Shown: positions 54,806 to 64,000 of the stretch, in pieces
How the letters are laid out: the number at the start of each line of letters is the position of its first letter
Position numbering within the stretch: the first letter of the stretch is position 1
Origin: a virus
DNA length: 64,000 nt
Strand: one strand, 5' to 3'
IMG/VR virus record: IMGVR_UViG_3300027868_000008
Notes under the pieces: generated by a model
Told to the model about the DNA's origin: nothing
What the model saw: only the letters and a program-made list of their open reading frames with translations
The model's database searches: none
Position numbers and translations under genes: made by a program

Positions 54806-54819
54806 CTCCTGATTCTGTT
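54806..54819. promoter_or_regulatory. TGTTCagctGAACA palindromic element (copy 4 of 4)
   Basis: Perfect 14-bp palindrome; flanks GATTCTG...GATTGGGCTAGAC mirror copy 3; between stop of 54838..55251 and RBS of 54593..54798. Confidence 0.5.
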
Positions 54820-54837
54820 CAGCTGAACAAGATTGGG

Positions 54838-55251
54838 CTAGACGCCGCCCCATCCGTCGCTGCAGGTGCTATCTCCACTGACCTCGTAATCGCCGCCCAG
54901 CGGGATCACACACTTAATCGAACCGTCGGCAAGCTGGGTCTCCTCGAAGTCGAGGTCCCTGGCTTCGGCCATGGCCTTGGCGGCCTCTACGGCATAGCCT
55001 TGCTTGAGCGAGTCGAGATGCTTCTCGTCGCCCCAGCGGCCGCCGTAGTTGTCAAAGGTGCACTCGCCGGTCTCCTGGTTGATGGTCACCGGGTAGTGCC
55101 ATTCAGGCAGCTGGACCTGGTGTCCGGTGCCCCTGACCGAGCCCTTACCCTTGCCGATACCGAGGTAGCTGGCGCCTGGTATACGCTTGACGGCCTTCTT
55201 CAGCGCATCTGCGTCCTTGATCTCACTCTTTCTGCGAGTCGTGTGGCTCAC
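54838..55251 (-). CDS. hypothetical protein
   Basis: 137 aa ORF. Confidence 0.45.
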   Translation of the reverse strand: MSHTTRRKSEIKDADALKKAVKRIPGASYLGIGKGKGSVRGTGHQVQLPEWHYPVTINQETGECTFDNYGGRWGDEKHLDSLKQGYAVEAAKAMAEARDLDFEETQLADGSIKCVIPLGGDYEVSGDSTCSDGWGGV

Positions 55252-55259
55252 AAAATCTC

Positions 55260-56960
55260 CTAGTTGTTTGCTGGATCACTCTTGGCAGCGCTGCGTCGAG
55301 TACTGACTCCGCGGGCTGCACGTGACTTGGTGGTATTCTGCAGGCGCTCCCCGTTCACGGGGTAGGTATTCTCCTGGCAGAACTTTCGGATGGCGGTGAC
55401 CGATTCGACGTTGAGACGGGAGACCGGCGAAATTTCTGCCGCGGCCGCCATCAGCTCCTCAATCGTTGGCTCGATATCAGCGATACCTGGGGGTGTGCCC
55501 TTCTTGCCCTTGTCTTCCCATGCGGACATTCTGTCGTCATAGGCGTCGTTACGGGCAGAAATGACAGTCTCCTCCAGCTCAGCCCCTGTGTACTCGTTGG
55601 TCTTGGTGACCACGCGCTTCAGGTGCTTGTCGTAGTTGTCGGGCTCGCAGTGCTGCAGCCTGAGATGAATCTTCAGGATCTCCGCACGCTCATCCGGGGT
55701 TGGCAGATCGGTCGACCATACTCGATCGAAACGGCCAGGACGTAGCAACTCTTCGGGCACGCCGGCGGTCCGGTTCATCGTCACCATGACGAATGTCCGG
55801 TTTTCGTCGCTGCCCATGTCCCGTTCGCTGAGCCAGTTCAAGAAGTAGCTCAATACGCGGGAGGCTACACCACTGTCCGCGGCTTGCCCTTCGTGGGCGC
55901 CGCCGAACGACTTGTCGATCTCGTCCACCATGAGAAACGCATTCGGCATGGCTTTCACCATCGCCAGGGCGTCCCTGATCTTCGCCTCGGATCCGCCGAC
56001 ATACTTATCGAACATGGAACCGATGTCAAGCAGAACCAGGTCCAGTCCCAACGCTTTGGCCGCTGTCTTTGCGACATGCGTCTTGCCCGTGCCTGGTGGG
56101 CCGATGAGTACGGCTCCCCGCGGCAGCGAGAGTTTCACGGTGCGAGCGTGCCGCGTGTACGCACGGGCACGGCGCCTCAGCCACTCAAGAAATCTGCTGA
56201 AGCCGCCTACAGTCTCGACATCCGGGATGTGTTCATTCGGGATGAACCTCAAGCCGTCGATCTTGCGGATCACTTTGGCCTTCTCGGCTGCGATGACGTT
56301 CAGGACCCCGTCGTTGAGGCCGCCGCACGTCGCAACAGCGAAGGCAAAGATACGCGCAGCTTCCTCAGCAGTGGTACCGAGCAGCGACCGTACGACCTTC
56401 TCTTTCAGCTCCGGCGCGCACTTCGCCGCCTTCTTGCCCTTGTTGCCCTTCTTGACGGAGTCGAGGATGAAGTCGACCACGTCGACCTCCATCTCGTCGT
56501 AAGTCGGCAGGTCGTAGTCGATGACATCGCAGTACTCTGCAATGCAGGGGTGCGGCGTCGGGGTATCGGACAGCAAGCAGATCACGCGTGTCTGCTTGTC
56601 GTTGCACAGCGCATGCGTAGTGCAGAGCTCAGAGAGTGCCCGCCGCAATGACAGGTTTTTGGGGCCCTCTCCGTTGAGGTACTTGTGCAGATCCTTCATG
56701 AGGATCAGGGCGTTACCGCCGATCTGGTCTCGGCACTGCAGCAGCGCCATCTGCGGATCAAGTACCTTGCTGTCCCACGTTGCGCCAGCGACGTTGTTCC
56801 AGCTGTGCCACTGGAGGTCATTGTCGGCTTGCTTGTTGTAGATCTCCACAAGCTGCTTGATCTGCCGCTCTGCGCGGCCCTCGTCGCCATTCAGGTAAAC
56901 CCAAATGATCGTAGACCCACTGTCGATTTTGTCCATAAACGTTTGGCTAAACGTTGCCAT
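55260..56960 (-). CDS. AAA+ ATPase (classic AAA clade, FtsH/Cdc48-like module)
   Basis: Walker A GPPGTGKT, Walker B FLMVDEID, second region of homology; AGGAG RBS. Confidence 0.8.
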   Translation of the reverse strand: MATFSQTFMDKIDSGSTIIWVYLNGDEGRAERQIKQLVEIYNKQADNDLQWHSWNNVAGATWDSKVLDPQMALLQCRDQIGGNALILMKDLHKYLNGEGPKNLSLRRALSELCTTHALCNDKQTRVICLLSDTPTPHPCIAEYCDVIDYDLPTYDEMEVDVVDFILDSVKKGNKGKKAAKCAPELKEKVVRSLLGTTAEEAARIFAFAVATCGGLNDGVLNVIAAEKAKVIRKIDGLRFIPNEHIPDVETVGGFSRFLEWLRRRARAYTRHARTVKLSLPRGAVLIGPPGTGKTHVAKTAAKALGLDLVLLDIGSMFDKYVGGSEAKIRDALAMVKAMPNAFLMVDEIDKSFGGAHEGQAADSGVASRVLSYFLNWLSERDMGSDENRTFVMVTMNRTAGVPEELLRPGRFDRVWSTDLPTPDERAEILKIHLRLQHCEPDNYDKHLKRVVTKTNEYTGAELEETVISARNDAYDDRMSAWEDKGKKGTPPGIADIEPTIEELMAAAAEISPVSRLNVESVTAIRKFCQENTYPVNGERLQNTTKSRAARGVSTRRSAAKSDPANN

Positions 56961-57004
56961 TGCTACTCCTGAGGCATGCGCCTCTTATCTGAGTGTTATG
57001 CCGG

Positions 57005-58279
57005 CTAGGTTGCTGGCTCTTCTGTGTCTGACCGCTCCCGTAAGCGGATACGGCGTGGTTGTCTTTCCGTTGTAGCGGGTGCTGTTGTTGGCTCTGCTGT
57101 CTCCCAGGGCCGTTCACGTAGGGTGCGCAGGGCGTCCCTGATCTCGATTACCGATGTTTCAACCGCGTAGTGCTCCTGCAAGTACTCTTTCAGCTCCGTG
57201 TACGGTATACCCAGGCGTCGACTGTGGCAGTAGGATGCCAGAGCATTACGCAACCTGGCGTCAAATACTGCATCGCCGGCGCGTATAAGGAAACCCAGGA
57301 TGCCGATAAACTGCCGACAACGCGCACGGTGTGTCTGCTCTGTTTCGATGGTGTGTACCGCTGCTGCAAGCATGTTGGTGGTGTTAGAGAGATCACGGTC
57401 CGAGCGTTGCGTGTCAGTTGAAATCATGTCCTGCAATGTGGTCTGCAAACGCAAATCGGGCGTAATGCCTACAGAGCCGCGTACGATGTTGCGGACCATT
57501 GACATGGAGCGGCCGCTGGTAGCAACACAGTGCTGACACCACTCTGTGAAGCTGGCACGAATTGAATCGTCGTTGACGGCGTGCGCGTTGGCGTGTATGC
57601 CACCAGTGACGCTGCCCATGACCTCTTCGAAATGCCGTATGGCTGCAGTAATGCTCACACGGTCAAGCTCGATCTCAGTGTGGGCTAGCTCTGTGCGCAG
57701 TGTTTGGTTTGCAAGGTAGCATGCGCGTACGATGCGCTGCTGGCGCGTTAGCGTGAACCACTCCAGCAACGGTCCGCGTATCATGCTTATCCAGCCCGGG
57801 TGGCGTACTACAAGCGGCATCTCTACAGTGAACCATAGGCCCGCTAGCAGATTGATGCAGATGTGGACCGCTATTGCGTCCTCAGGCATGCCCTCAGGCG
57901 CATTCCGTACAGGCGAGTGCACTACAAGTACGTCACCGGGGTAGAGCATAAGCACCGGAGGACCTGGGCGCCTAGAGCCATAAACAGACCACGTCAAACC
58001 GTGCATGTCATAGCTAGCGTTGCACGGCTGCTCTACTTCCAGTATCTGCCGCGCCCAGCGCGTATTTGCGGGCAGCAGCGTCTCTGATGTGGCTCGCATA
58101 CCGCTGGGCAGCGATGTCAGGCGCGCATGCAGTCGCCGCGTTGCAACCCGCTCCGGATAGGCACGTAACGACACATCAATGGTGCTGCCATCGTGCTGTC
58201 TGTATCGCCGCCGTGCGTCGCGATGCGGCGTGGGTGGCGACGTAGTATACGCCGCAGTTGCGTCTCCTGTTCTGGGCAT
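57005..58279 (-). CDS. hypothetical protein
   Basis: 424 aa ORF. Confidence 0.5.
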   Translation of the reverse strand: MPRTGDATAAYTTSPPTPHRDARRRYRQHDGSTIDVSLRAYPERVATRRLHARLTSLPSGMRATSETLLPANTRWARQILEVEQPCNASYDMHGLTWSVYGSRRPGPPVLMLYPGDVLVVHSPVRNAPEGMPEDAIAVHICINLLAGLWFTVEMPLVVRHPGWISMIRGPLLEWFTLTRQQRIVRACYLANQTLRTELAHTEIELDRVSITAAIRHFEEVMGSVTGGIHANAHAVNDDSIRASFTEWCQHCVATSGRSMSMVRNIVRGSVGITPDLRLQTTLQDMISTDTQRSDRDLSNTTNMLAAAVHTIETEQTHRARCRQFIGILGFLIRAGDAVFDARLRNALASYCHSRRLGIPYTELKEYLQEHYAVETSVIEIRDALRTLRERPWETAEPTTAPATTERQPRRIRLRERSDTEEPAT

Positions 58280-58308
58280 GGCTGTCCTTTGCCCAGGACA
58301 GCCCCGGG

Positions 58309-59019
58309 CTAAGCTGGTTTGAGTTCGTTGCTCCGTTGCTCCGTGCGGCGCAAGCCTATGAGGAGCTGCTTGACAGCGTCCTCGGCATCACCGTCCTCGA
58401 GTTGCAGAGCTTCCAGAGCTTCAAGCACGGCACGCAGCCGGCCCTTGACAATTACGTTGATCTCATCGGTTTTGGCCGTCTCCTTGTCGTAGATCGCGTT
58501 GAACATAGACGGATCATCAGAGAACTCCATCTGCACCTGCGCCCAGTCCTGGCTATCGCCAAGGCCAAGCCGCAGAATGTCAGGCGGGATCAGGATACCC
58601 TCGTCCCGTAGAACGGCCCCGATGTACTGGAGGATCTTCTGAGCGAAGGGTTCCTCGTCATTTGGTTCTGGTGGCCAGATCAGGATCGCCTCGGTGAGCC
58701 CCCAAGCGACCTCGACAGCGTCCGCCGGATCAAAGACCGCCGGATCGAAGCTGCCGTTGTACAGTACGTTGCAAGTACGAATGAAGTCGGGAAGGCTGAC
58801 GTAAAAGGCGTCACTGGTGACTAGCTCGACCGCCGCCATAAGCCTGTTGAAGCACGGTGGCGGCAGCTGCTGACCGAGCGCCTCCTCCATCTCCATGCTG
58901 ATTGTTTGGGGGTCCCATGCCACGAACTTCGGTCCCAGGCAGTCCGAAGCCAGTACTAGCAGGACGGTTGCCGGCGTGTTGGGGTCCAGCAATAGTTTCC
59001 GGATCTGGGCGTTGATCAT
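58309..59019 (-). CDS. hypothetical protein
   Basis: 236 aa; overlaps next ORF by 209 nt in another frame. Confidence 0.4.
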   Translation of the reverse strand: MINAQIRKLLLDPNTPATVLLVLASDCLGPKFVAWDPQTISMEMEEALGQQLPPPCFNRLMAAVELVTSDAFYVSLPDFIRTCNVLYNGSFDPAVFDPADAVEVAWGLTEAILIWPPEPNDEEPFAQKILQYIGAVLRDEGILIPPDILRLGLGDSQDWAQVQMEFSDDPSMFNAIYDKETAKTDEINVIVKGRLRAVLEALEALQLEDGDAEDAVKQLLIGLRRTEQRSNELKPA

Positions 59020-59500
59020 CCTTGGCTCCTTGCTGCGTACGTAGCCACTCTTTACGTGCGGGTAGCGCCAGGTTATACGAAATGCCTTCGAATGTCGTTG
59101 GTGCCTCGTCCAACCGTTGGCACAGCATCAGATCAAAACAACCCTTCACGCCGGTGATCGAGACCAGCCGGCGGTCGGCAATCGCGATGACTCGTGGCGG
59201 TAGCTGGGCAAGCGGGTCCTTCTCAAGGATCTTGCCGTACGTCCGCCCGATGTCCATCAACGGTACCGGATACATCTGGACCAGGCCTAAGAACGCGTCC
59301 TGCGGAAATATCTTGCGGGGCGTGATGTAGGCAAAGGCCCAGATAATAACGGCCTCCCGAAACGGAATCGGTAGTGTCGGTGGTAGCCCTGTCAGCGGGG
59401 TCGTGCCTGTTCTCAGGGCGTTCAAAATCGCGTGCACGGGCATCATATGCTGCCGAAGGAACGTATTCGGCCCAAGCACTTGCTGCAGTTCGAGGTTCAT
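58811..59500 (-). CDS. hypothetical protein (C-terminal 70 aa low-complexity, likely not all coding)
   Basis: 229 aa ORF. Confidence 0.35.
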   Translation of the reverse strand: MNLELQQVLGPNTFLRQHMMPVHAILNALRTGTTPLTGLPPTLPIPFREAVIIWAFAYITPRKIFPQDAFLGLVQMYPVPLMDIGRTYGKILEKDPLAQLPPRVIAIADRRLVSITGVKGCFDLMLCQRLDEAPTTFEGISYNLALPARKEWLRTQQGAKDDQRPDPETIAGPQHAGNRPASTGFGLPGTEVRGMGPPNNQHGDGGGARSAAAATVLQQAYGGGRASHQ

Positions 59501-59787
59501 GCTTTGTTTGCGTATGTGAACTCAGCGCGGAAGCCCACCACTGTGGTATTGGGGTCCAGCGCGGTTGCGTCGTTGATGATCTCGCCGTCTGTACCGATAG
59601 GCCCGATAACCGGGGGCGCGCATAGCCCGCCCATGCCGAAGCCAAAGGAGGCTGCAGCTTCCTGTGCCATCTGCCGTGTCGCTACAGCGTCCAGCTCGTC
59701 GCGTGTGGCGCCGTCGAGGGTAATGAGGAGCTTGTTGGCTCCCACACCGGGGATAACGCCGGATCTCTGATTGTTGATAACTGGCAT
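59497..59787 (-). CDS. hypothetical protein
   Basis: Start at MPVINNQ after GGAGGAACAG. Confidence 0.45.
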   Translation of the reverse strand: MPVINNQRSGVIPGVGANKLLITLDGATRDELDAVATRQMAQEAAASFGFGMGGLCAPPVIGPIGTDGEIINDATALDPNTTVVGFRAEFTYANKA

Positions 59788-59949
59788 CTGTTCCTCCAAG
59801 GCTATTCTACCGCATGACAGCCTAGACGCTCCAGGCTGAATCTACGATAGTATGCCCCCTTTTGGGTGGCATTACAACCGGTACAGCACCAATAGGTAAG
59901 AAAAGGGCTGGGAACTCTCGTCCCAACCCTGCTCTTTCATTACACGGGC

Positions 59950-61062
59950 TTAAGAAGGCAGGGGCTGGGAGCGCGTGGTATCAACAGTTGTTGATGCGCC
60001 CACAGACCCGGCCTCACGGCCCGCGATCTCCGCCGTTTCCGGCGGGGGTAATGCCGGCACATCGCCGGCGGGTTGTTGGTTGTCATGGCGTGCCATCGCG
60101 TGCGCGTACATGCTATCGTATCCACGATCCGCTACCTCCCTCTTCGACAGCTGGAGAAAACTGGCGTCGAAAAAGCCTTCTTTGGTTAGAGGTAACATCT
60201 GTGGCAGACACGTAGCACACACATGCATTGCACGCGCTGGGCCGTTATCACCGAGCTTCCCCATGACTAACGCGCACTCTGCGCTTTCGCCACTCTTGCA
60301 CTCCTTGTCTTTGTTGGCAAGGCATTGTCGCTTACCGGGCTCAACCCACTTCTGCGGGATGAGGCCAGCAAACAACTCGTCATTGCCGAGGACGGTGTTG
60401 TGCACGGCACGGATGTCATGTGCAGAGTTCTGCGTGAACTCGAGGAGTTCGCGCAGAACTCGCATTGTCGTTGCACTGTACTTGTGGAGGTCCATGAGCT
60501 TACCGCTAGCGGCGACAACGTCACTGGCGCCCTCGTTTATGCGTGTCAGCTGCTCCGTCAGCACCCCTACCTGCGCGAAGCCCACGCCCTCGTACTTGTT
60601 GCACTTGGCCTGGAGCCGCGCAATCTCCTTAATGTGTACCGCCTCCGCGGCCTTCGCCCGGTCGAGCTCATCGCGCATCTGCGCCGGGGAGATGATCTTC
60701 TCCCCTCTGTGCTCCTTCAGGTAGCCCGCAAACCCTGCGACGGCCTCATCGTGGTCTTGAAGGACCTTCCGTTCCTCCTTACGACCAGGATACTGCCGCC
60801 ACACGCGCATGGTCAGCAGCATAGTAACCACAACCAGCGGGATACCGTACACACAAAACAGCGCCGAAATGGGTGTGTTCTGCAGCCGCGCATTAACACC
60901 GATCAGCACGAAGCCACAGGCTGGCAGCACAGTTGGCACAAGCCATTTGCGGTGATACGTCTCGCTGACCCACGCCTTGAACCACGCTTCCAGAGCGATA
61001 CGCATTTCGCTCTTCTCCGTCTTTTTCGTCTGATCCACTGGGATATCTAGTCCACCACTCAT
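59950..61062 (-). CDS. membrane-anchored protein (two N-terminal TM helices, large C-terminal domain)
   Basis: 370 aa. Confidence 0.5.
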   Translation of the reverse strand: MSGGLDIPVDQTKKTEKSEMRIALEAWFKAWVSETYHRKWLVPTVLPACGFVLIGVNARLQNTPISALFCVYGIPLVVVTMLLTMRVWRQYPGRKEERKVLQDHDEAVAGFAGYLKEHRGEKIISPAQMRDELDRAKAAEAVHIKEIARLQAKCNKYEGVGFAQVGVLTEQLTRINEGASDVVAASGKLMDLHKYSATTMRVLRELLEFTQNSAHDIRAVHNTVLGNDELFAGLIPQKWVEPGKRQCLANKDKECKSGESAECALVMGKLGDNGPARAMHVCATCLPQMLPLTKEGFFDASFLQLSKREVADRGYDSMYAHAMARHDNQQPAGDVPALPPPETAEIAGREAGSVGASTTVDTTRSQPLPS

Positions 61063-61667
61063 GATTCACCTCCACCGGGTGGTCGGGCCACCCTAAAGTT
61101 TCAGGATACGGGCACGACAGCCCTGCGTAGCTCGCCACACACAGCGTGCAGCGAAGCATAGCGGTCACTCGATTCTCTCTGCTTGCAGGGCGTTTTATCA
61201 AGTGACAGGGCCTGCGCTCGCTCAAAAGGTCCGCTATCCATTGCGGGTGTCAATTGAGCAAACACAGAGTTGTACGTTATCTGTCATGCCAGTATCCCTA
61301 GCCCAAGGCGCAGGCCGTTTGCATCAACAAAGTGGCCGTTGCTTGTTGGGCGGTGTACGGGATAAGAACATTGCAGAACCGGCAGACGTGGGCGCCGAAG
61401 AGCCCTTCGCCTAACACGGTCCTACAATACAAGCCCCGACTCCGACGGGGGTGTACGAAAACCCCTCCGTGCATGTCGCCACACACGGAGGGTGTGACCT
61501 ACGGGCCACGGCGACTTCCGGTCTAGGACCGCCATCGCTCGCGTGAGCAAGCAAACTTTGGTCCGAACGGTGCCCCCGTGATACCTACCGTCACGACACA
61601 TTATAATGCCCGGAAAACAGTCGTATTTTACCCACATACCCGGGCGATACGACGCGTTTGCGGGCAG

Positions 61668-62438
61668 TTATGACGCAGCAACAACGCTCTCTGCCCACGC
61701 GCTAGCTGTAGTCGCATGACGCGTGGCCGCTTCGTCATCAGCGCTGTCGTTGTCATCGTCGTCATCGTCGTAGACATCGCTGCTGATTGGATCATACATG
61801 GTGTCAAAATCATCGAAGGTTCTCCGTCCGCGCGTGGCGTCGATCTCATTCTTCGCTGCCGCAAATGCTTCGGGCGAGATAGTTGGATCTTCGCCGCCCG
61901 CGCGCCGCAGCACACCGGCGTCGATCACTGCTTTGCGCACCGTAGATACATTCATGATGATATCTTCGCCGGCCAACGCAACCGCGGTCGCGCCGCAGCC
62001 CAGCTCGCAGTCTTCTCCCTCACCGGTGTACAGCTCCACTGCCCTTGCCCGCTCTTCGTCTGTATGCTGCAACGGTGGCTTGCCCACGTTGTGATCATGT
62101 ACCGCCGCCTCGCCGAACTCTGCGCGCACAGCGGCGTACACCGCACCGCAGCCAACCTCGTGATCGTGTGCCACTTTTGTCACGGCCACATCGTCTTCGT
62201 AAAACTGCTTCGCCATAGCTGTACGCGTATCTGGGGCCATGCCGCCTACACGACGTGGCACCTTTTTCTCGTTAAGGGTGCGGGTAACTACGAACGTCCC
62301 GTACCCAACTTTCTTCGCCACCTTCCTGATAGTTAGCTCCTCGTCCCGGTACAGCGTCACAATCCTGCTCTGTACCTCTTCCGGGACAATTACGATACGC
62401 GCTATCGGTTTGCGCCTTTTCGACGGCATGTGCATGCT
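61668..62438 (-). CDS. putative HTH transcriptional regulator with acidic C-terminal tail
   Basis: Start at MHMPSKRRK (GGGAGA RBS); ELTIRKVAKKVGYGTFVVTRTL helix-turn-helix; poly-Asp tail. Confidence 0.5.
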   Translation of the reverse strand, partial: SMHMPSKRRKPIARIVIVPEEVQSRIVTLYRDEELTIRKVAKKVGYGTFVVTRTLNEKKVPRRVGGMAPDTRTAMAKQFYEDDVAVTKVAHDHEVGCGAVYAAVRAEFGEAAVHDHNVGKPPLQHTDEERARAVELYTGEGEDCELGCGATAVALAGEDIIMNVSTVRKAVIDAGVLRRAGGEDPTISPEAFAAAKNEIDATRGRRTFDDFDTMYDPISSDVYDDDDDDNDSADDEAATRHATTASAWAESVVAAS

Positions 62439-62634
62439 TTTCTCCCGTCCGTGTGAGTTTGTCAAGGAACCCGTACATACGGTCATACGCGCCCCACAAA
62501 ACGATCGTAGCTAGAATGGCTGCAAGCGGCATGGCACCAATGATCAAAGCGATGATCCCTAGCAACATGCCGCTTGCAACTATCACACACCAACAAAGGA
62601 GTGTGATTATTGTCTGCCTTACCGCACTACTCAA
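62272..62634 (-). CDS. small membrane protein
   Basis: N-terminal two TM helices; C-terminal portion overlaps next gene and may not be coding. Confidence 0.35.
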   Translation of the reverse strand: MSSAVRQTIITLLCWCVIVASGMLLGIIALIIGAMPLAAILATIVLWGAYDRMYGFLDKLTRTGEKHAHAVEKAQTDSAYRNCPGRGTEQDCDAVPGRGANYQEGGEESWVRDVRSYPHP

Positions 62635-63295
62635 TGGTCTTGTACGGCTTCCGTGTCACGTCCAGTCCGTGACGCGCACGCTCCTCATTGACGTCTTCTG
62701 CGATCTCCGTCACCGTGTCCGGTGGCGCAAACGCAATGACGTGGTGCAGCACATAGCCGGTCCTTGCGATCTCCTTCACATCAAGGTACAGGATCTGCAC
62801 TGTCCGTAGCATGTACGCCGTAGGGTGGCGCTGATCACCCAACCGCTCCTCGAGCGTACCGGTGTGGTACGGGTTGAGGATACTGAATGACAACAGCCAT
62901 GCAAAGTCCCTGTCTAGCACCGCATCGGGCGTGTCGACATATGCGAACAACCTACCAAGCCGTTGCATCGCCGCATTTTGCGGCGTGTACCATTTGGCTT
63001 GCGCACCTAAGGCGTGACGATTCACACCGTGCGCAAGGTGGGCCTGCATGGCGCGGATCCCGTTCTCGGTTGGCAGGCGGACCCAGCCATCCAAGTACGC
63101 CGCTGCGGGGTGGCGATGCAAGTACGTCTCGAAGTTGAAGGCGCGCTGACTCGGCAGCTTCAGCACCCTGAAGGTAGCCTGGTCCGCGGCCGATGTCACA
63201 TAGGGCGCTACTGGTTCGACTGTGAGGTCCAGCGCGTCTTGCGCCAGGACTGCGCCTGGCGCTATGGCCAGCCACATAAGCAGAAAGGTACGCAT
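62627..63295 (-). CDS. secreted hypothetical protein (signal peptide)
   Basis: MRTFLLMWLAIAPGAVLAQD signal-peptide-like N-terminus. Confidence 0.5.
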   Translation of the reverse strand: MRTFLLMWLAIAPGAVLAQDALDLTVEPVAPYVTSAADQATFRVLKLPSQRAFNFETYLHRHPAAAYLDGWVRLPTENGIRAMQAHLAHGVNRHALGAQAKWYTPQNAAMQRLGRLFAYVDTPDAVLDRDFAWLLSFSILNPYHTGTLEERLGDQRHPTAYMLRTVQILYLDVKEIARTGYVLHHVIAFAPPDTVTEIAEDVNEERARHGLDVTRKPYKTIE

Positions 63296-63332
63296 GTCTC
63301 AGCTCCTAGGGGTTGGGAGGGTAAAAAACGAA

Positions 63333-63620
63333 TCACGTCGTTCGGTAGAGGTGCGGCGGGCGAGGATTCTCGCTGTGCGTCCCGCTTTCGTCCTGTCTTG
63401 CACAGAGCTCAACGTGTCGGGCGTCTGAGCAGGGCGTATGGCGCCCGGCGGCCCGATAGCGCTTGTCGTGGCAGCGCTTGTTCCAGTCTGTCTCAAAGCT
63501 GTTGTCCGCGGCCGTCAACTCACCGCAGTCGACGCACGGGCCAAGCATAACGTCATCCAAAAGCACAGGCATAATTGCACGCCTTATACGGGTAAGGAAG
63601 AGGGTGACACTAGACGACAT
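63333..63620 (-). CDS. small Cys/His-containing hypothetical protein
   Basis: 95 aa ORF. Confidence 0.3.
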   Translation of the reverse strand: MSSSVTLFLTRIRRAIMPVLLDDVMLGPCVDCGELTAADNSFETDWNKRCHDKRYRAAGRHTPCSDARHVELCARQDESGTHSENPRPPHLYRTT

Positions 63621-63668
63621 CAGGTTATAATGCCGTGATTCTGGTGCGCGTTAAGAGACCACAAACGC

Positions 63669-63998
63669 TCAAATCACGCGCGTTTGCGGCTGGCCGCGGC
63701 GGTCCCGATAACGGACCTTGAGAAGGGCAATACCCAGCTTCTTCTTGATGTCTTCGCGCTGAGGCGTATCAAGTCCGACTATGCGAAGCTTAAAAGCGTT
63801 GTAGTCGATTGGAGGCGGCACGCGTCTAGCCTGGCGGTTAGCGCGGCGCCGACAGCGACGACAATTGTGGCGCGCGGTGACCTTTGTGGTGCCCAGCTCC
63901 TCCCGTGGCGGGTCCTGGCAGAAGCCATACGTTTGGAACGCTGGCTCGCGTATCATGCGGTCAATGACCGGTGGCGACAACAGCAGACGTGTAGCCAT
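63669..63998 (-). CDS. arginine-rich hypothetical protein
   Basis: 109 aa ORF. Confidence 0.35.
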   Translation of the reverse strand: MATRLLLSPPVIDRMIREPAFQTYGFCQDPPREELGTTKVTARHNCRRCRRRANRQARRVPPPIDYNAFKLRIVGLDTPQREDIKKKLGIALLKVRYRDRRGQPQTRVI

Positions 63999-64000
63999 GG

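Noticed and set aside
1-64000. CRISPR array, integrase/attachment site, IS element, rRNA
   Set aside because: No regular direct-repeat/spacer array. No tyrosine/serine recombinase or transposase motifs. No rRNA-like segments. The tRNA 3' fragment at about 36490-36507 was considered as an att-like site but has no adjacent integrase.

Overview
This is a high-GC (roughly 60%) stretch, almost entirely coding, with most genes on the minus strand, compact operons and frequent ATGA/GTGA start-stop overlaps. The gene content reads like a large tailed dsDNA phage (Caudoviricetes) genome or prophage. No rRNA, CRISPR array, transposase or integrase was recognised.

- **Recombination and repair:** an SF2 helicase, an SbcC/Rad50-SbcD/Mre11 pair, an NAD-dependent DNA ligase, an RNase H, an endonuclease VII resolvase and a large CHC2 zinc-finger primase-like protein.
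- **Packaging:** one terminase large subunit.
- **Nucleotide metabolism:** a plus-strand trio of a metallophosphoesterase, a HAD 5'(3')-deoxyribonucleotidase and a P-loop kinase.
- **tRNA island (29.4-40.2 kb):** at least 17 tRNA or tRNA-like genes interspersed with HNH endonucleases.
- **Other:** a Clp_N-domain protein and an AAA+ ATPase.

The most unusual content is glycan-related. At 41.0-44.2 kb there is a nonulosonic (sialic) acid module with a NeuB-like synthase, a NeuA-like CMP-sugar synthetase and a GT42/CstII-like transferase. At 8.7-10.3 kb there is a bifunctional HldE-like ADP-heptose enzyme. Also notable are a GHKL-ATPase with a C-terminal HExxH segment, four short-variable-arm tRNAs carrying Leu-type anticodons, and a recurring TTGTTC-N4-GAACAA palindrome at four gene-upstream sites.

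tRNA identities and coordinates were folded by eye and are approximate (plus or minus a few nt).
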